Origin: Pristiophorus japonicus
Taxonomy: Eukaryota
Length of the DNA: 64,000 nt
Assembly: GCF_044704955.1 (NCBI RefSeq)
Contig: NC_091999.1
Location: forward strand, 19,592,001-19,656,000
Reading direction: 5' to 3'
Position 1 is the first letter of the stretch. Each line of letters starts with the position of its first letter. The position numbers and the translations under genes are program-made. Positions 12,292 to 26,200 of this stretch are shown in pieces. The notes under the pieces were generated by a model. That model was not told the DNA's origin. It ran no database searches and worked only from the letters and a program-made list of their open reading frames with translations.

Positions 12292-13659
12292 ATGGTTGAA
12301 TTTCTTCGGTTTATTAACATCTCTGTATCCACAAAATAAAATATGTTCTCTTGGTGATTCCCAGAGTCAATTGCCTTTCGTTAATAGATCGAATCTGTGG
12401 CTGAGAAAATCATAACCGGGATTTCCGTCTCTCTGTGTGAAATGTGTGAGATAATTGTGGCTATAATGTAAATGTATCTCGGAGTTTCCCCATTATTTGA
12501 AAATGACATGTGTAAATAAATCACTTTTCTCTTTCCTAATTTTCAGTTATTCCCTTTCCTTTATGTTGAGCCCATGTTTTCTCTCCCTAATGTCAGTTAC
12601 AGTTGTACAGATAGCTGGCAGCTCAGGCATGTGTTCTGATCTCAATGTGACGCTCAATTGTTATATTCACTTTGTGTTAACTTTTTAAAAATTATCTGTA
12701 CGTTATTCTCTGTGAAATTGTTAATACATCTGCAAATGTCAAATGGAATAAATTGGACTTTGCTAAATTCCTTTCTCCAAGGCTGCTCCACACCGTTCGA
12801 TTTTCCCTGTCACACTTTGTTCTATTTCCCTGATAGGTATTTTCCACACGTCCTGCCTGGGTTCTGTTTCACTCCAATTCCGTTTGGTTAAGGAGCCACT
12901 GTGTCCTATCAGAGTAACGACACATTTCCCCTGCCTTTATATGTCATGCCCCAGGGGCGGAATGAAAGCACAGCGAACAGGCGGTGCGCCATGCCTTCTC
13001 CTCGAATATTATTGTTTGTCACGTGTCAGGTTATATTAAAGAGCAGGTTTCTGATCCATTACAGTCCGATACATTATAGTACGTGATGGATTAAATCTTC
13101 CTTTACACTGTCCCATCAAACATTCCCAGAGCAGGTATAGCCCAGTTAAGATAAAGTGTAAAGCTCCCTCTACACTGATCCATCAAACACTGCTAGACAT
13201 AACAGGGAGCACAAACTCTGGGAATGATTCCCAAACACCTATCTGACATAGACTCGAATGTCTCTATTAGACACACATAGATACCCAAGAAAGAGAGGAA
13301 AGGAGGAGCGACAGTATTTGAGAGAGAGGAGATGAGGGATCACGTGGCGTCTGAAGGTACATTTGCAGCCTTCTACCCGGTGGGCCGCATTAGATACAGA
13401 CTGTGTGATGGACGGAAAAATCAAATTATGATGTCAAATCATTTTAGTTTTAAACTGGCCAAGTGTACGAGTGTGCCCTCTGCTCGGACAGGGCAATAGT
13501 AGAATAGATAATTTGTTTCCGATTCGAACCTTTAAAGATGACCCGGGTCCAAATGCTTTATTGGGACTGAGGAAATGAGTGGGCCCAGCATCGGCGAACC
13601 ATTTCTCCATTCTGAGGATTATAAATTAACCCTGACCCTCTATCTCCTCTTTCTAGGAC

Positions 13660-14080
13660 GGTGTTTCTCCCTGCTCTCCTACATTCCAACTGATACCATC
13701 TGCATGAAATCAATCATCACCCCAGGGATCCTTTCTAACTGCTCTCCTCCAGTCCCTCTCATACCATCTCCCTGAACCCATTGAGCATAGCTCCTGGTTA
13801 ATTTCTCCCAGCTCTGCTCCATTCTCTCTAATACCATGTCCCCGAACTCACTGATCATCACCCCAGGGTTACTTTCTCCCAGCTCTGCTCCATTCCCTCT
13901 GATGCCATCTCCCTGAACTCACTGAAAATCACCCCAGGGATCCTGTCTCCCTGCTCTGCTACATTCTCTTTAATACCATCTCGCTGACTTCACTGAATTT
14001 CACCCCAGGGAATCCTGTCTCCCAGCTCTGTTCCATTCCCTCTGATGCCATCTCCCTGAACACACTGAACATCACCCCAA
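13660..14080. repeat. ~71-bp tandem repeat
   Basis: CCCCAGGGATCCTGTCTCCCAGCTCTGCTCCATTCCCTCTGATGCCATCTCCCTGAACTCACTGAACATCA-like units, about 6 copies. Confidence 0.85.
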
Positions 14081-14204
14081 ATATCCGCCAGTGACCTTCA
14101 AACCTTCACTCCATGTTTCCCTAAACTTTCACTCCACATATTATACTGATAGAGATATTGATAACATAAAGAGACAGTTAGATAGACAAATGTCGTTTCA
14201 AATC

Positions 14205-15610
14205 CCAAAAAGCACTAACAAGAAAGTGTACAGAAGTAGCTATGAGGGGAACGTTGGCTAAGGTAGATTGGGTAACTACATTAATAGCTGTGACAGTAGA
14301 CAAGCAATGGTTAGCATTTTAAGAATTCATATATAATTTACAACAAACATACATTCCTTTAGGGCACAAAAACCCCACAGGAAAAGTGGTCCAACCGTGG
14401 GTGAAGAGAGAAGTTGAAGATGATAATAGATCAAAGGAAGATGCTTATAATGTTGCCAAAAATAGCAGTAAGCATGAGGATTGGGAGGATTTTAGAATTC
14501 AGCAAAGGAGTAACAAGAATTGATAAAGAGAGGGATAAAGATTATGAGAAAAAATTAGCAAGGGATATTAAAATAGATGGTAAATGCTTCCATCGGTATG
14601 TAAATAAAGAAAAGATTAGCGAAAGTAAATATGAATCCGTTACAGGCTGAATCAGGAGAAATAATAATGGATATAAGGAAATGGGGGAGAAATTAACCAG
14701 ATACTTTGTGTCTGTATTCAGTGAAGAAGAAACAAAAAATCTCCCGGAAAGAGTGGAGAACAAAGGTTCCAGCGAGAATGAGGAACTGAAAAACATTAGT
14801 ATTAGTAAAAAGACAGTAATGGAGAAATTAATGGGACCGAAAGCCGATAAATCCCCTGGACTTGATGGCCTACATCCTAGGGTTTTGAAAGAGGCGGCCA
14901 TAGAGATAGTGGATGCATTAGTTGTCATCTTCCAAAGTTCCATGGATTCTAGAATGGTTCCCGCAGATTGGAAGGTAGCTAATGTAACCCCACTATTTAA
15001 GGAAGGATAGAGAGAGAAAACAGTAAACCTGCCATCAGTCATAGTGAAAATGCTGGATTTTATTATTAAGGATCTGGTTACAAGGCACATAGAAAATAAT
15101 AGCAGGATTGTGCAGAGTCTACATGGATTTATAAAAGGGAAATCATGTTGGATAAATGTGCTTGAAATTTTTGAAGTTATAACTAGTAGAATCGATAAGT
15201 GGGAAGCAGTGATTGCAGTGTATTTGGATTTTCAGAAGGCATTTAATAATGTGCCACACAAGAGATTATTAAACCGAAATATGGCTCATGGGATTGGGGG
15301 TATTATACTAGTGTAAATATAGGATTGGTTAACGGACAGCAAACATAGAGTAGAAATAAATGGGTCATTTTAGGGTTAGCAGGTTGTAACTACTGGGTCG
15401 GTGTTTGGGCCGCAGCTAGTCGTAATCTACATCAATTATTTTCTGAGGGGCCCAACTGCAATATATCCAAGTTTTCTGATGAAACAAATCTCGTCGGAAT
15501 GTAAGGTCTGAGGAGGATGCAAAGAGGCTTCAATGCGATATAACCAGGCTAACTGAATGGGCAAGAACATGGCAAATGGAATATAATGTGGAGAAATGTT
15601 AAGCTATTGC
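14205..15610 (+). mobile_element. CR1 ORF2 internal fragment
   Basis: DKSPGLDGLHPRVLKE, DWKVANVTPLFK, YLDFQKAFNNVPH. Confidence 0.9.
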
Positions 15611-15779
15611 ATATATTGCAGTTGGGCCCCTCAAAAATAATTGATATAGGTTATGACTAGCTGGGGCCCAAGCACCGACCCATTGGTTACAGCATGCCCA
15701 CCGAAAAATGACCCATTTATTCCTACTCTATGTTTTCTGTCCGTTAAACAATCCTATATTCATGCTAGTATAATACCTC

Positions 15780-18408
15780 AGAGCGGAGCAGGGCATCCTC
15801 GGAGGGGAAGGGTAAATAAGTAGAGGTCGTGGTCCTTATCGGGACCAAAAACATAGGTAAAATGAGGGATGAGGCCCTATAGGAAGAATTTAGAGAGCTA
15901 GGAAGAAGATTAAAGGGTACGACCTCAAAGGTAGTAATCTGCAAGTTACTACCGGTGCCATGTGCTAATGAGTACAAGAATAGAAGGGTAGAGAGGATGA
16001 ACACGTGGCTGGAAAATTGGTGTAGGAGAGATTGCTTTAAATTCTTGAGGCATTGTGACCGCTTTTAGGGGAGATGGGACCTGTACAAATCGGATGGGCT
16101 GCTCCTCAAGAGCGCCGGGACCAATATCCTCGCGGGGAGTTTTTTTAGTGCTGTTGGGGAGAGTTTAAACTAGTCTGGCAGTGGGTGGGAACCTGGGAAC
16201 GCATTCAAAAGGGAAGAAAGTAAAGCTGGAGCTGGATAGCAAGAATCTAGAATGCGAATCTGTAAGACAGAGGAAACATGACTTAGTATGTAGTAAGCAA
16301 GGAGGTCTTCCTGTGCTGAATAATATATACTTTAATAAAAGGAGTATAGCTGATACATTCATAATAAAGGATGAAATTGAGTACTTTGTACAATGAGCAA
16401 GTGTGACTTTAGCTCCTTTAATAAGACTCCTGAGTGCAGGCACCTCGTGGGTGGCAGGCTTATATACCAGGCTCCGAAGTGATGCTGGGATCCCTGAGGA
16501 ATCCAAAAGGTAGGCCCTGTCGTGGTAGTGTTATGCAGATTACATAACATCAAAGAAAAAGGCGTATAGCTAAGAGCATAGGAAGACACTTGGGAATATG
16601 ACATTATAGCCATTACAGAAACATGGCTGAAAGATGGACAGGTTTGGCATATCAATATTCCTGTCAACAGGATTTTTTGACAAGATAGAGAGGGGGGGTG
16701 GTAAAAGGGGGCGGGGGGGAGGGGTGTTGCAGTACTAATTAAAGAAACTGTTACAGCGGTGAGGAGGGATGCTATGTTAGAGGGATGATTAACTGAAGCC
16801 ATATGGGACCAATTGAAAAATAAAAAAGGGGTGATCAAACTGCTGGGAGTGTATTATAGACTCCCAAGCAAGGGGAGGGAGATATAGGAGCAAACATGTA
16901 GGCAAATTGCTGTGAAGGCTGAAAACCATTGGGTAGTAATAGTAGGGGATTTTAACTATCCAAATATTGATTGGGACAAATTTATTGTGAAGTTTATAGA
17001 GGGTGTGGAATACTTGAAATGCATTCAAGAGAACTTTTTTGTCAGTATGTAGCAAGCCCGTCATGAGAGGGGGCGGTCTTGGATTTAGTTTTGGGGAATG
17101 AAGCTAGGCAAGTTGAATGGGTATTAGTGGCGGAGCATTTAGGTGCCAGTGACCATAATTCATTCAGATTCAAGTTGATTATGAATAAGGAAAAGAATAG
17201 GACTGAAATAAAATTTCCGAATTGCGGAAAAGCTAATTTTGCTAAGTTAAGGCGTGATTTGGACATAGTGGACTGGGAACAGCTACTTATGGGTACATCG
17301 GTGTCGGAATAGTGGGAGGCATTCAAGGAAGAGATCCGAAAGGTTCAGGCCAAATATGTGCCCTTAAAGAAATAGCTGGGAAAAATAATTATCAAGCCTC
17401 CTGGATGTCGACGGACTTACAGGGGAGGATTAAGGAAAAAAGGGATGCTTATGTCACATATCAATGGCTAAATACTTTATAATCTTTAGAGGAATATAGA
17501 AAGATAAGAGCTAAAATTAAAAAGGATATTAGGAATGCTAAGAGAGTATACGAGAAATTCTTAGCCAGTAAAATTAAGGAAACAACTAAGATGTTCTATA
17601 TATATATTACGAGTAATGGGGTAACAACGGAAAGGATAGGTCCTAGTAGAGACCATGAGGATAATCTTTGTGAGGAAGCAGAAGATATTGGTAGGGTTCT
17701 TAACAAATACTTTGCATCTGTTTTCACAAAGGAAACAGGTAATGCAGATGCGGGTAAAGAGCAGGTGTGTGATATTCTGGATGAAATAAATATAGTGAGA
17801 CTGGAAGTATTAAAGGGTTTAGCAGCTTTGAAAGTAGATAAGTCCCCAGGCCCCGATGAAATGCATCTCAGGTTGTTTAGCGAAGTAAAAGAGGATATAG
17901 CAAAGGCCTTGACCATAATTTTGCAGTACTCTTTGGATATGGGCATGGTGCTGGAGGATAGGAGGGCTGCTAATGTTCCTTTGTTTAAGAAGGGAAAAAG
18001 GGATAGGCAAGTAATTACAGGCCTGTCAGCCTACTATCAGTGGTGGGAGAATAATTGGAAAAGTCTTGAAGGACAGGATAAATCTGCATTTGGATAGGCA
18101 TTGATTAATTAGGGACAGTCAGCACGGATTTATTAAGGGGATATCGTGTTTGACTAATCTGATTGAATTTTTTGAGGATGTAACCGAGAGGATCGATGAG
18201 AGTAGAACGTATGATGTAGTATATATGGTCTTTAGCAAGGCGTTTGATAAGGTCCCGCATGATAGACTGATCATGAAGTTTAAAGCCATGAGATCCAGGA
18301 CAAACTGGCAAGTTTGATCCAAAATTGGCTTGGAGGTAGGAAGCAAAGTGTAATGATTGATGGATGTTGTTGTGAATGGAAGGATTTTCCAGTTGGGTTC
18401 CGCAGGGC
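15780..18408 (+). mobile_element. CR1 LINE (ORF1 3' part, ORF2 endonuclease and partial RT), decayed
   Basis: Esterase-like ORF1 remnant, then YDIIAITETW, LDLVLGNE..HLGASDHN, DKSPGPDEMH and SKAFDKVPH. Confidence 0.88.
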
Positions 18409-18810
18409 AAAGTACACCTATCTCTGATTGCAGTTCGTGTTGAGATCGTCGATAATGCTCACAGTCATCACTGGGAGATCAAAATCGCAGTGTGCGCTGC
18501 TATCTGTCTTTATCAATAACTCCGCTCAAATTTCAAGCAGATTGAAATAATCCTATTGCCTTGCATCCTTAGCTTACTGGCATATTGTGTATTACTGGGA
18601 AATCTATTGCACTGCAAGACATAATAGTATCGAAGAAGGTCTCATCAGAAACGGATGTCCTACTTCTTGATGTTATTATCATCAGCTGGGGTATCAGTCC
18701 AGCACATCACAACCCATTAATAGCGAGGCAGATAGAGTGACAGTGTAATTATAGTGATAGATCCATAGTGATAGAGATACAGAGATAGTTAGATAGACAT
18801 ATAGACAGGT

Positions 18811-19354
18811 NNNNNNNNNNNNNNNNNNNNNNNNNNNNNNNNNNNNNNNNNNNNNNNNNNNNNNNNNNNNNNNNNNNNNNNNNNNNNNNNNNNNNNNNNN
18901 NNNNNNNNNNNNNNNNNNNNNNNNNNNNNNNNNNNNNNNNNNNNNNNNNNNNNNNNNNNNNNNNNNNNNNNNNNNNNNNNNNNNNNNNNNNNNNNNNNNN
19001 NNNNNNNNNNNNNNNNNNNNNNNNNNNNNNNNNNNNNNNNNNNNNNNNNNNNNNNNNNNNNNNNNNNNNNNNNNNNNNNNNNNNNNNNNNNNNNNNNNNN
19101 NNNNNNNNNNNNNNNNNNNNNNNNNNNNNNNNNNNNNNNNNNNNNNNNNNNNNNNNNNNNNNNNNNNNNNNNNNNNNNNNNNNNNNNNNNNNNNNNNNNN
19201 NNNNNNNNNNNNNNNNNNNNNNNNNNNNNNNNNNNNNNNNNNNNNNNNNNNNNNNNNNNNNNNNNNNNNNNNNNNNNNNNNNNNNNNNNNNNNNNNNNNN
19301 NNNNNNNNNNNNNNNNNNNNNNNNNNNNNNNNNNNNNNNNNNNNNNNNNNNNNN
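18811..19354. other. Assembly gap (544 N)
   Basis: Run of N. Confidence 1.
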
Positions 19355-19643
19355 ATTATAGGCTATCAAGAGACATATTCTCATTGATTATAAATGCAGC
19401 CAGCCTAAATTGACCATGGTTAATTGATAGTGCCTTCCATTAAGTTCTCCGCGATTTGCAATCAATTGCTCCCAGGTGGCCTCGTCTTCATCATACCCTT
19501 ATCGCAACTCCGTGTTTGGAAGTAGTAAGTACGACTTTGCTTTGTAACCGAGAGTCTGGACGATGTGGGGAGGGTGTGGGGACATTGGGCCACACGCCAG
19601 TGAAGTGTTACACCCAACAACAACGTGGTCTCCACCGAAAGCT

Positions 19644-20296
19644 TTAGGACCTGAAAATGTAGAGCAGCGGATTAAGGGCATTGCTGAGGGCAGCGAGGGC
19701 CCAAGTATACACCCGAATACTACAAACGTACCACGTTGCGATTTCCCCTGAGGGAATCAGCAGGTTCCTCAACAAAAAAGAGAGTCCAATGATGTGAAGT
19801 GGGACAAAGCAGAAAAGCAGGAGAGCCATTATCGCCCAAATGATCCATCAGCTCCATGAATTCCTTCCCAGCTCCCACTTCTATCTGATTCTTTGCGGTC
19901 AGAGCATAGCAGATCAAAAGGAGCAGGTCTGGGATGCAGAATGTGAACTCGCAGCACAGCGTTAGCACTGGGTTCCATTCCCAGAGTGAAACCAGAGCCT
20001 TACCTATAAGTGGGCCAGTAAACACGTCTTTTGTCCCCAAAACAATCCTGCGCTCAGGGATAGCATGGTTAGCCAAGTTACAATTGACAGGCAAACGTAA
20101 TATGTTGGCCGTCTCCATGCATGAGACCTGATGGGGTGGAGAGCAGCAATATATTGGTCATGAAGGATGGATTGCCGTAAAGGTTGATTAGACTCAGGAT
20201 AAAACTGATATCATTGAATAACCCCACTGAGATAGAATAATCGATATATTCAATAAAGGAATCTGCAGAAGTCAGGATATCCAAGAAATTGATCAT
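19644..20296 (-). pseudogene. Rhodopsin-class (P2Y/LPAR6-like) GPCR pseudogene, TM2-TM7
   Basis: Joined across frameshifts on the minus strand: ISFILSLINLYG (TM3), DQYIAALHPIRSHAWRRP (DRY region, 20151-20159), FCIPDLLLLICYALTAK (TM5), IMALLLFCFVPLHII (TM6), ALAALSNALNPLLYIF (TM7). The 5' end abuts a CR1 insertion. Confidence 0.8.
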
Positions 20297-23200
20297 GGTT
20301 AAGGCAAAGAGACGGGAGTCCGGGGAGATCGAGGAGGCAGGAGTTCGAGCAGCCAGCGGCTATTAAAAGACACAACAGTCGGGAGTCCGGGGAGTTCGAG
20401 GAGGCGGGAGTTCGAGCAGCCAGCTGCCTATGAAGGCCCAACAGTCAGGAGTCCGCGGAGTTCGAGAAGGCCAGCTGGTGCAGCTGCAGCAGGGAGGCAA
20501 AAAGGAAGCAGAAATAAATCGAAAGGTGACGTCACAGCCAGGGATGTTAGTGATTGGCTATTGACTGGTGAGTAGTTTTTCTTTTTTTTATCAGTAAGTA
20601 ACCTTTAGCATTATTGTTGCCAAATTAAGTTAATCTAAGGGTTAAATCATGCAGGTGAGCTCGGACACGTATTATGCTTCTCATGTGCTATGTGGGAAGT
20701 CAGGGACGCTTCCAGTGTCCCTGATGACTACATGTGCGGAGAGACTGCATTGCGGCACTGGAACTGCGGGTGGATTTACTCTGGAGCATCCGCGATGCTG
20801 AGGATGATGTGAATAGCAAGTTTAGTGAGTTGGTCTTACCGCCGGTAAAGGTTACACAGTCAAATAGGGGCTGGGTGACCAACAAGAAGATCAGTAGAAG
20901 GAAGGTAGTGCAGGAGTCCCCTGCGGTCATCCCCCTGCAAAACAGATACACCGCTTTGGGTATTGTTGAGGGCGATGACTCATCAGGGCAGAGCAGCAGC
21001 AGTCGGGTTCATGGAACCGCGGGTGGCTCTGCTGCACAGGAGGGCAGGAAAAAGAGTGGGAGAGTTATAGTGATAGGGAATTATATTGTAATTGGAATAG
21101 ATAGACGTTTCTGCAACCGAGACTCCAGGATGGAATGTTGTCTCCCTGGTGCAAGGGTCAAGGATGTCACGGAGTGGGTGCAGGACATTTTGAATGTGGA
21201 GGGTAAACAACCAGTGTCGTGGTGCATATCGGTACCAACGATATAGGTATAAAACGGGGTGAGGTCCTACAAAACGAAATTGGGGAGATAGGAGCTAAAT
21301 TAAAAAATAGATCCTCAAAGATAGTAACCTCAGGATGGCTACCAGTGCCAGGTGCTAGTCAGATTAGGAATCGGAGGATAGCTCAGAAGAATATCTGGCT
21401 TGAGGAGTGGTGCAGAAGGGAGGGATTCAAATTCCTGGGACATTGGAACCGGTTCTGGAGGAGGTGGTACCAGTACAAACCGGACAGTCAGCATCTGGGC
21501 AAGACCAGAACCAATGACCGAGGGGCAGTGTTTGCTAGTGCTGTTGGGCAGGGCTTAAACTGATATGGCAGAGAATGGGAACCTATGCAGGAAGACAGAG
21601 GAATGTAGAATGGGGGCAGAAGCAAAAAATAGAAAGGAGAAAAGTAAAAGTGGAGGGCAGAGAAATCCAAGGCAAAAAGCAAAAAGGACCATTTTGCAGC
21701 AAAATTCGAACGGGGCAAAGGCTGTTAAAAAGACAAGTCTGAAGGCTCTGTGTCTCAGTGCGAGGAGTACTCGCAATAAGGTGGACGAATTAACTGCACA
21801 AATAACAGTTAACAGATATGATATTATTGGCATCACGGAGACATGACTTTAGGGTAACCAAGGCTGGGAACTCAACATCCAGGGGCATTCAACATTTAGG
21901 AAGTATAGACAAAAAGGAAAAGCATGTGGAGTGGCGTTGCTGGATAAATAGGGAATTAATGCAATAGTAAGGAAGGACATTAGCTTGGATGATGTCCAAT
22001 CGGTATGGGTGGAACTACGGAATACCAAAGGACAGAAAACGCTAGTGGGAGTTGTGTACAGACCACCAAACACAAGTAGTGAGGTTGGGGACAGCACCAA
22101 ACAAGAAATTGGGGATGCGTGCAATAAAATTTCAGCAATTTTCATGGGGAACTTTAATCTATATATTGATTGGGCTAACCAAACTGGTAGGAATACGGTG
22201 CAGGAGGATTTCCTGGAGTGTATTCGGGATGGTTTTCTAGACCAATATGTCGAGGAGCCAACTAGAGGGCTGGCCATCCTAGACTGGGTGATGAGTAATG
22301 AGAAAGGACTAATTAGCAATCTTGTGTGAGGCCTCTTGGGGAAGAGTGATCATAATATGGTAGAATTCTTTAGTAAGGTGGAGAGTGACACAGTTAATTC
22401 AGAGACTAGGGTCCTGAACTTAAGGAAAGGTCATCATCATAGGCAGTCCCTCGGGATCGAGGAAGACTTGCTTTCACTCTTTACATGAGTTCTTTAGTGG
22501 CTCTACAGTCCAATACGAGAACCACAGTTTCTGTCACAAGTGGGACAGGTAGTCATTGATGGAAAGGGTGGGCAGGGAGCCTGGATTGCCGCACGCTGCT
22601 TACGCTGCCTGCACTTGATTTCTGCATGCTCTCTGTGACGATGCAGGAGGAGCTCACGCCCTCCCGAATGCACATCCTCCACTTAAGGATGTCGACGGCC
22701 AAGGACTCCTAGATGTCGGTGGGGATGTCGCAATTTATCAGGGAGGCTTTGAGGGTGCCTTTGAAACGTTTCCTCTTCCTCCCTTTGGCTCGATTGCCGT
22801 GGACGAGTTCCAATTAGAGCACTTGCTTTGGGAGCCTCGTGTGTGGCTTGCGAACTATGTGACCTGCCCAGTGGAGCTGATCAAATGTGGTTAGTGCTTC
22901 AATGATGGACATGTTGGCCTGGATGACGACGCTAATGTTTGTGCGCCTGTCCTCCCAGGTGATTTGCAGGATCTTGCAGAGACATCGCTGGTTGTATTTC
23001 TGCAGAGACTTGAGGTGTCTACTGTACATGGTCCACGTCTCTGAGCCATACAGTAGACCATGAGCTTGGTTATAGTTTTGAAGGACTGATCTTCAAACAC
23101 TCTTTTCCTCAGGCTGCACTGGCGCAGTGGATGCGTTGTTGGATCTCATTATCAATGTCTGCTCTTGTTGATAGGATGCTCCCGAGATAGGGGAAGTGGT

Positions 23201-26200
23201 CCACGTTGACCAGGGCCACGCCATGGATCTTGATATTTGTGGGACAATGCTGTACGGCAAGGACAGTCTGGTGTCGGACCTTTGTCTAACTAATGTTTAG
23301 CTTAAGGCTGATGCTTTCATACGCCTCGTAAATATGGCGACTATGTCCTGGAGTTCAGCCTCTCTGTACGCACAGATGCAGGTGTCGTCCGCATACTGTA
23401 GCACGACGACTGCGGTTGGTGTGTTCTTGGACCTGGCCTGGAGATGGCGAAGATTGAACAGCTTCCCACTGGTTCTGTAGTTTAGCTCCACTCCAGCGGG
23501 GAGATTATCAACTGTTTGGTGGAGCATGTCAGCGAGGAAGATTGAGAAGAGCGTTGGGACAATGGCGCAACCAATGCTTGGTCCCAGTCCGGACATGAAC
23601 TGGGTCTGTGATGGATCCATCGTTAAGGATCACGGCTTGCATGTCGTCGTGGAGCAGGCGGAGCATGGTGACGTACTTTTGGGTGCATCCGAAACGGATG
23701 AGGATGCTCCATAGACCATCGAGGTTGACAGTGTCAAATGCATTTGCAACGTCGAAGAAGGCCATTTCTACGGGCTGGCGCTGTTCCCTGCATATTTCCT
23801 GCAGCTGTCGCGCTACAAAAATCATGTCTGCTGTGCCCCTGAGAGGACGAAATCTGCACTGCGACTCCGGGAGAAGCTCCTCAGCCACGGGGAGAAGATA
23901 ATTGAGGAGGATTCTAGCACCGACTTTCCCAGTGGTTGATAGCAGGGAGATTCCTCTGTATTTGCCGCAGTCCGACTTGTCCGCTTTTTTAAAGATGGTC
24001 ACGGTCACTGCATTTCTAAGATCTCCTGGCATGCTCTCCTTCCTCCAGGTCAGAGAAGTGAGGTTGTGTATTCGCGCCAGTAGTGGCTCTCCACCATACT
24101 TCAGTGCCTCAGCAGGGATTCCATCCGCTCCCATAGCCTTGTTGTTTTTTAGCTGCCTGATGGCCTTTTCTACCTCATGCAGTGTTGGGGTCTCAATGAG
24201 GTGGTGGCTGGTAGCATGCTGTGGATTGGAGTCGAGAAAAGTCGAGTCAAAAACAAGTGTCTCGGTTGAGGATATCTTCGAAGTGTTCCTTCCAGTGTCC
24301 TTGATGAGTGTTTCCTTGTTCTTGGCCAGGAGTGGGGTGGGGCCTTGCGAGTTTGGTCCGTATGTGGCCTTGACTGCGGTGAAGAATCCTCGCACATCAT
24401 GGCTGTTGGCCAGCTGCTGTATCGCCTGTGCTTTCTCCATCCACCACCTGTTCTTTAGGACCCGGGTTTTTTGTTGAACCTTAATCTTTAGCTGTCTGTA
24501 ATGCTGCTTTGCTGCTCCAGAGTTGGGTTGCTATTTAAGGCTCAGAAATGCCCTGCACTTGCTGTCTATTCGTTCTTGAATCTCCTCATCATTCTCATGA
24601 AACCAGTCCTGGTGTTTCCTGGTTGAGTGACCAAGCGTCTCCTTGCACATACTGGTTATGGAGGCCTGGAGGGCAGACCAAGCGCTGTGGGCGTTCTGCG
24701 TCTCTGGGTCATCAAGGCACGCCAAGTTACCTGTGAGGCACTGACTGTAAAGGGCTCTCTTAGCTGGGTCCTTAAGTGCCCCGGCATTGAATTTTTGCAA
24801 CACTGCTTCTGCTGCCTCCTTCGCTTTGGGGCTATGTTGATGTGCATGATGGATCAGATTCGGCGGCGGTCCGCCCAGCAGTCGTCAGCTCCTGCATTGG
24901 CACAGGTGATGGGCATATCGTTGCGATCCCTGGCTCGGACGATGCGATAGTCAAGCAGGTACCACTGCTTGGAGCGAGCATCTTGCCACGATGCCTTGTA
25001 TTTGTCTCTCTGGCGGAACAAGGTGTTGGTAATGACAGACCAAGCACTATGAGCATCCTGCGTCCCTGGGTTATCAAGACACGCCAGGTTAGCTGTGAGG
25101 CGCTGACTGTAAATGGCTGTCTTAGCTGGGTCCTTAAGTGTCCCGGCATTGACTTTTTGCAACACTGCTTCTGCTGCCCCCTTCGCTTTGGGGCTATGTT
25201 GATGTCAATGATGGATCTGACTAGGTGGTGGTCCATCAAGTGGTCGTCAGCTCCTGTCGTGGCATGGATGATGCGCACATCCTTGCGATCCCGGGCTCGA
25301 ACAATGGCATAGTCGAGCAGTTGCCAGTGTTTGGAGCGAGTGTGTTTCGATGCTATGAGACATGAATTGGCTAGAATAGACTGGCGAGTGATACTTAAAC
25401 GGTTGACGGTGGATAGGCAATGGTAAACATTTAAAGATCGCATGGATGAACTTCAACAATTGTACATCCCTGTCTAGAGTAAAAAATAAAACGGGGAAGG
25501 TGGCTCAACCGTGGCTAACAAGGGAAATTAAGGATTGTGTTAAATCCAAGGAAGAGGAACATACATTGGCCTGAAAAAGCACCAAAACTGAGGACTGGGA
25601 GAATTTTTTAATACTGCAGAGGAGGACAAAGGGTTTAATTACGAGAGGGAAAATAGAGTATGAGAAGAAGCTTTCTGGGAGCATAAAAACTGACTGCAAA
25701 AGCTTCTATAGATGTGAAGAGAAAAAGATCAGTGAGACAAACGTAGGTCCCTTGCAATCAGCTTTGGTGAATTTATAATGGTGAACAAAAATATGGTGGA
25801 CCAGTTAAACAAATACTTTGGTTCTGTATTCACAAAAGAAGAGACAAGTCACCTTCCGGAAATATTAAGGGACCGAGGATGCAGTGAGAAGGAGGAACTG
25901 AAGGAAATCCTTATTAGGTGGGAAATCTTGTTAGGAAAGGCCGATAAATCCCTGGGGCCCAATAGTCTGCATCGCATAATATTTTCGGAAGTAGCCCTAG
26001 AAATAGTGGATGCATTGGTGATCATCTTCCAACAGTCTATCGACTCTGGATCGGTTCCTATGGACTGGAGGGTAGTTAACGTAACATCACTTTTTAAGAA
26101 GGGAGGGAGAGGGAAGGCAGGTAATAATAGACCAGTTAGCCAGTCATCAGTATTGGGGAAAATGTTGGAATCAATTATTAAAGATGAAATAGCAGCACAT

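Noticed and set aside
18749-19384. 211-aa ORF in the track
   Set aside because: Artefact of the N gap.
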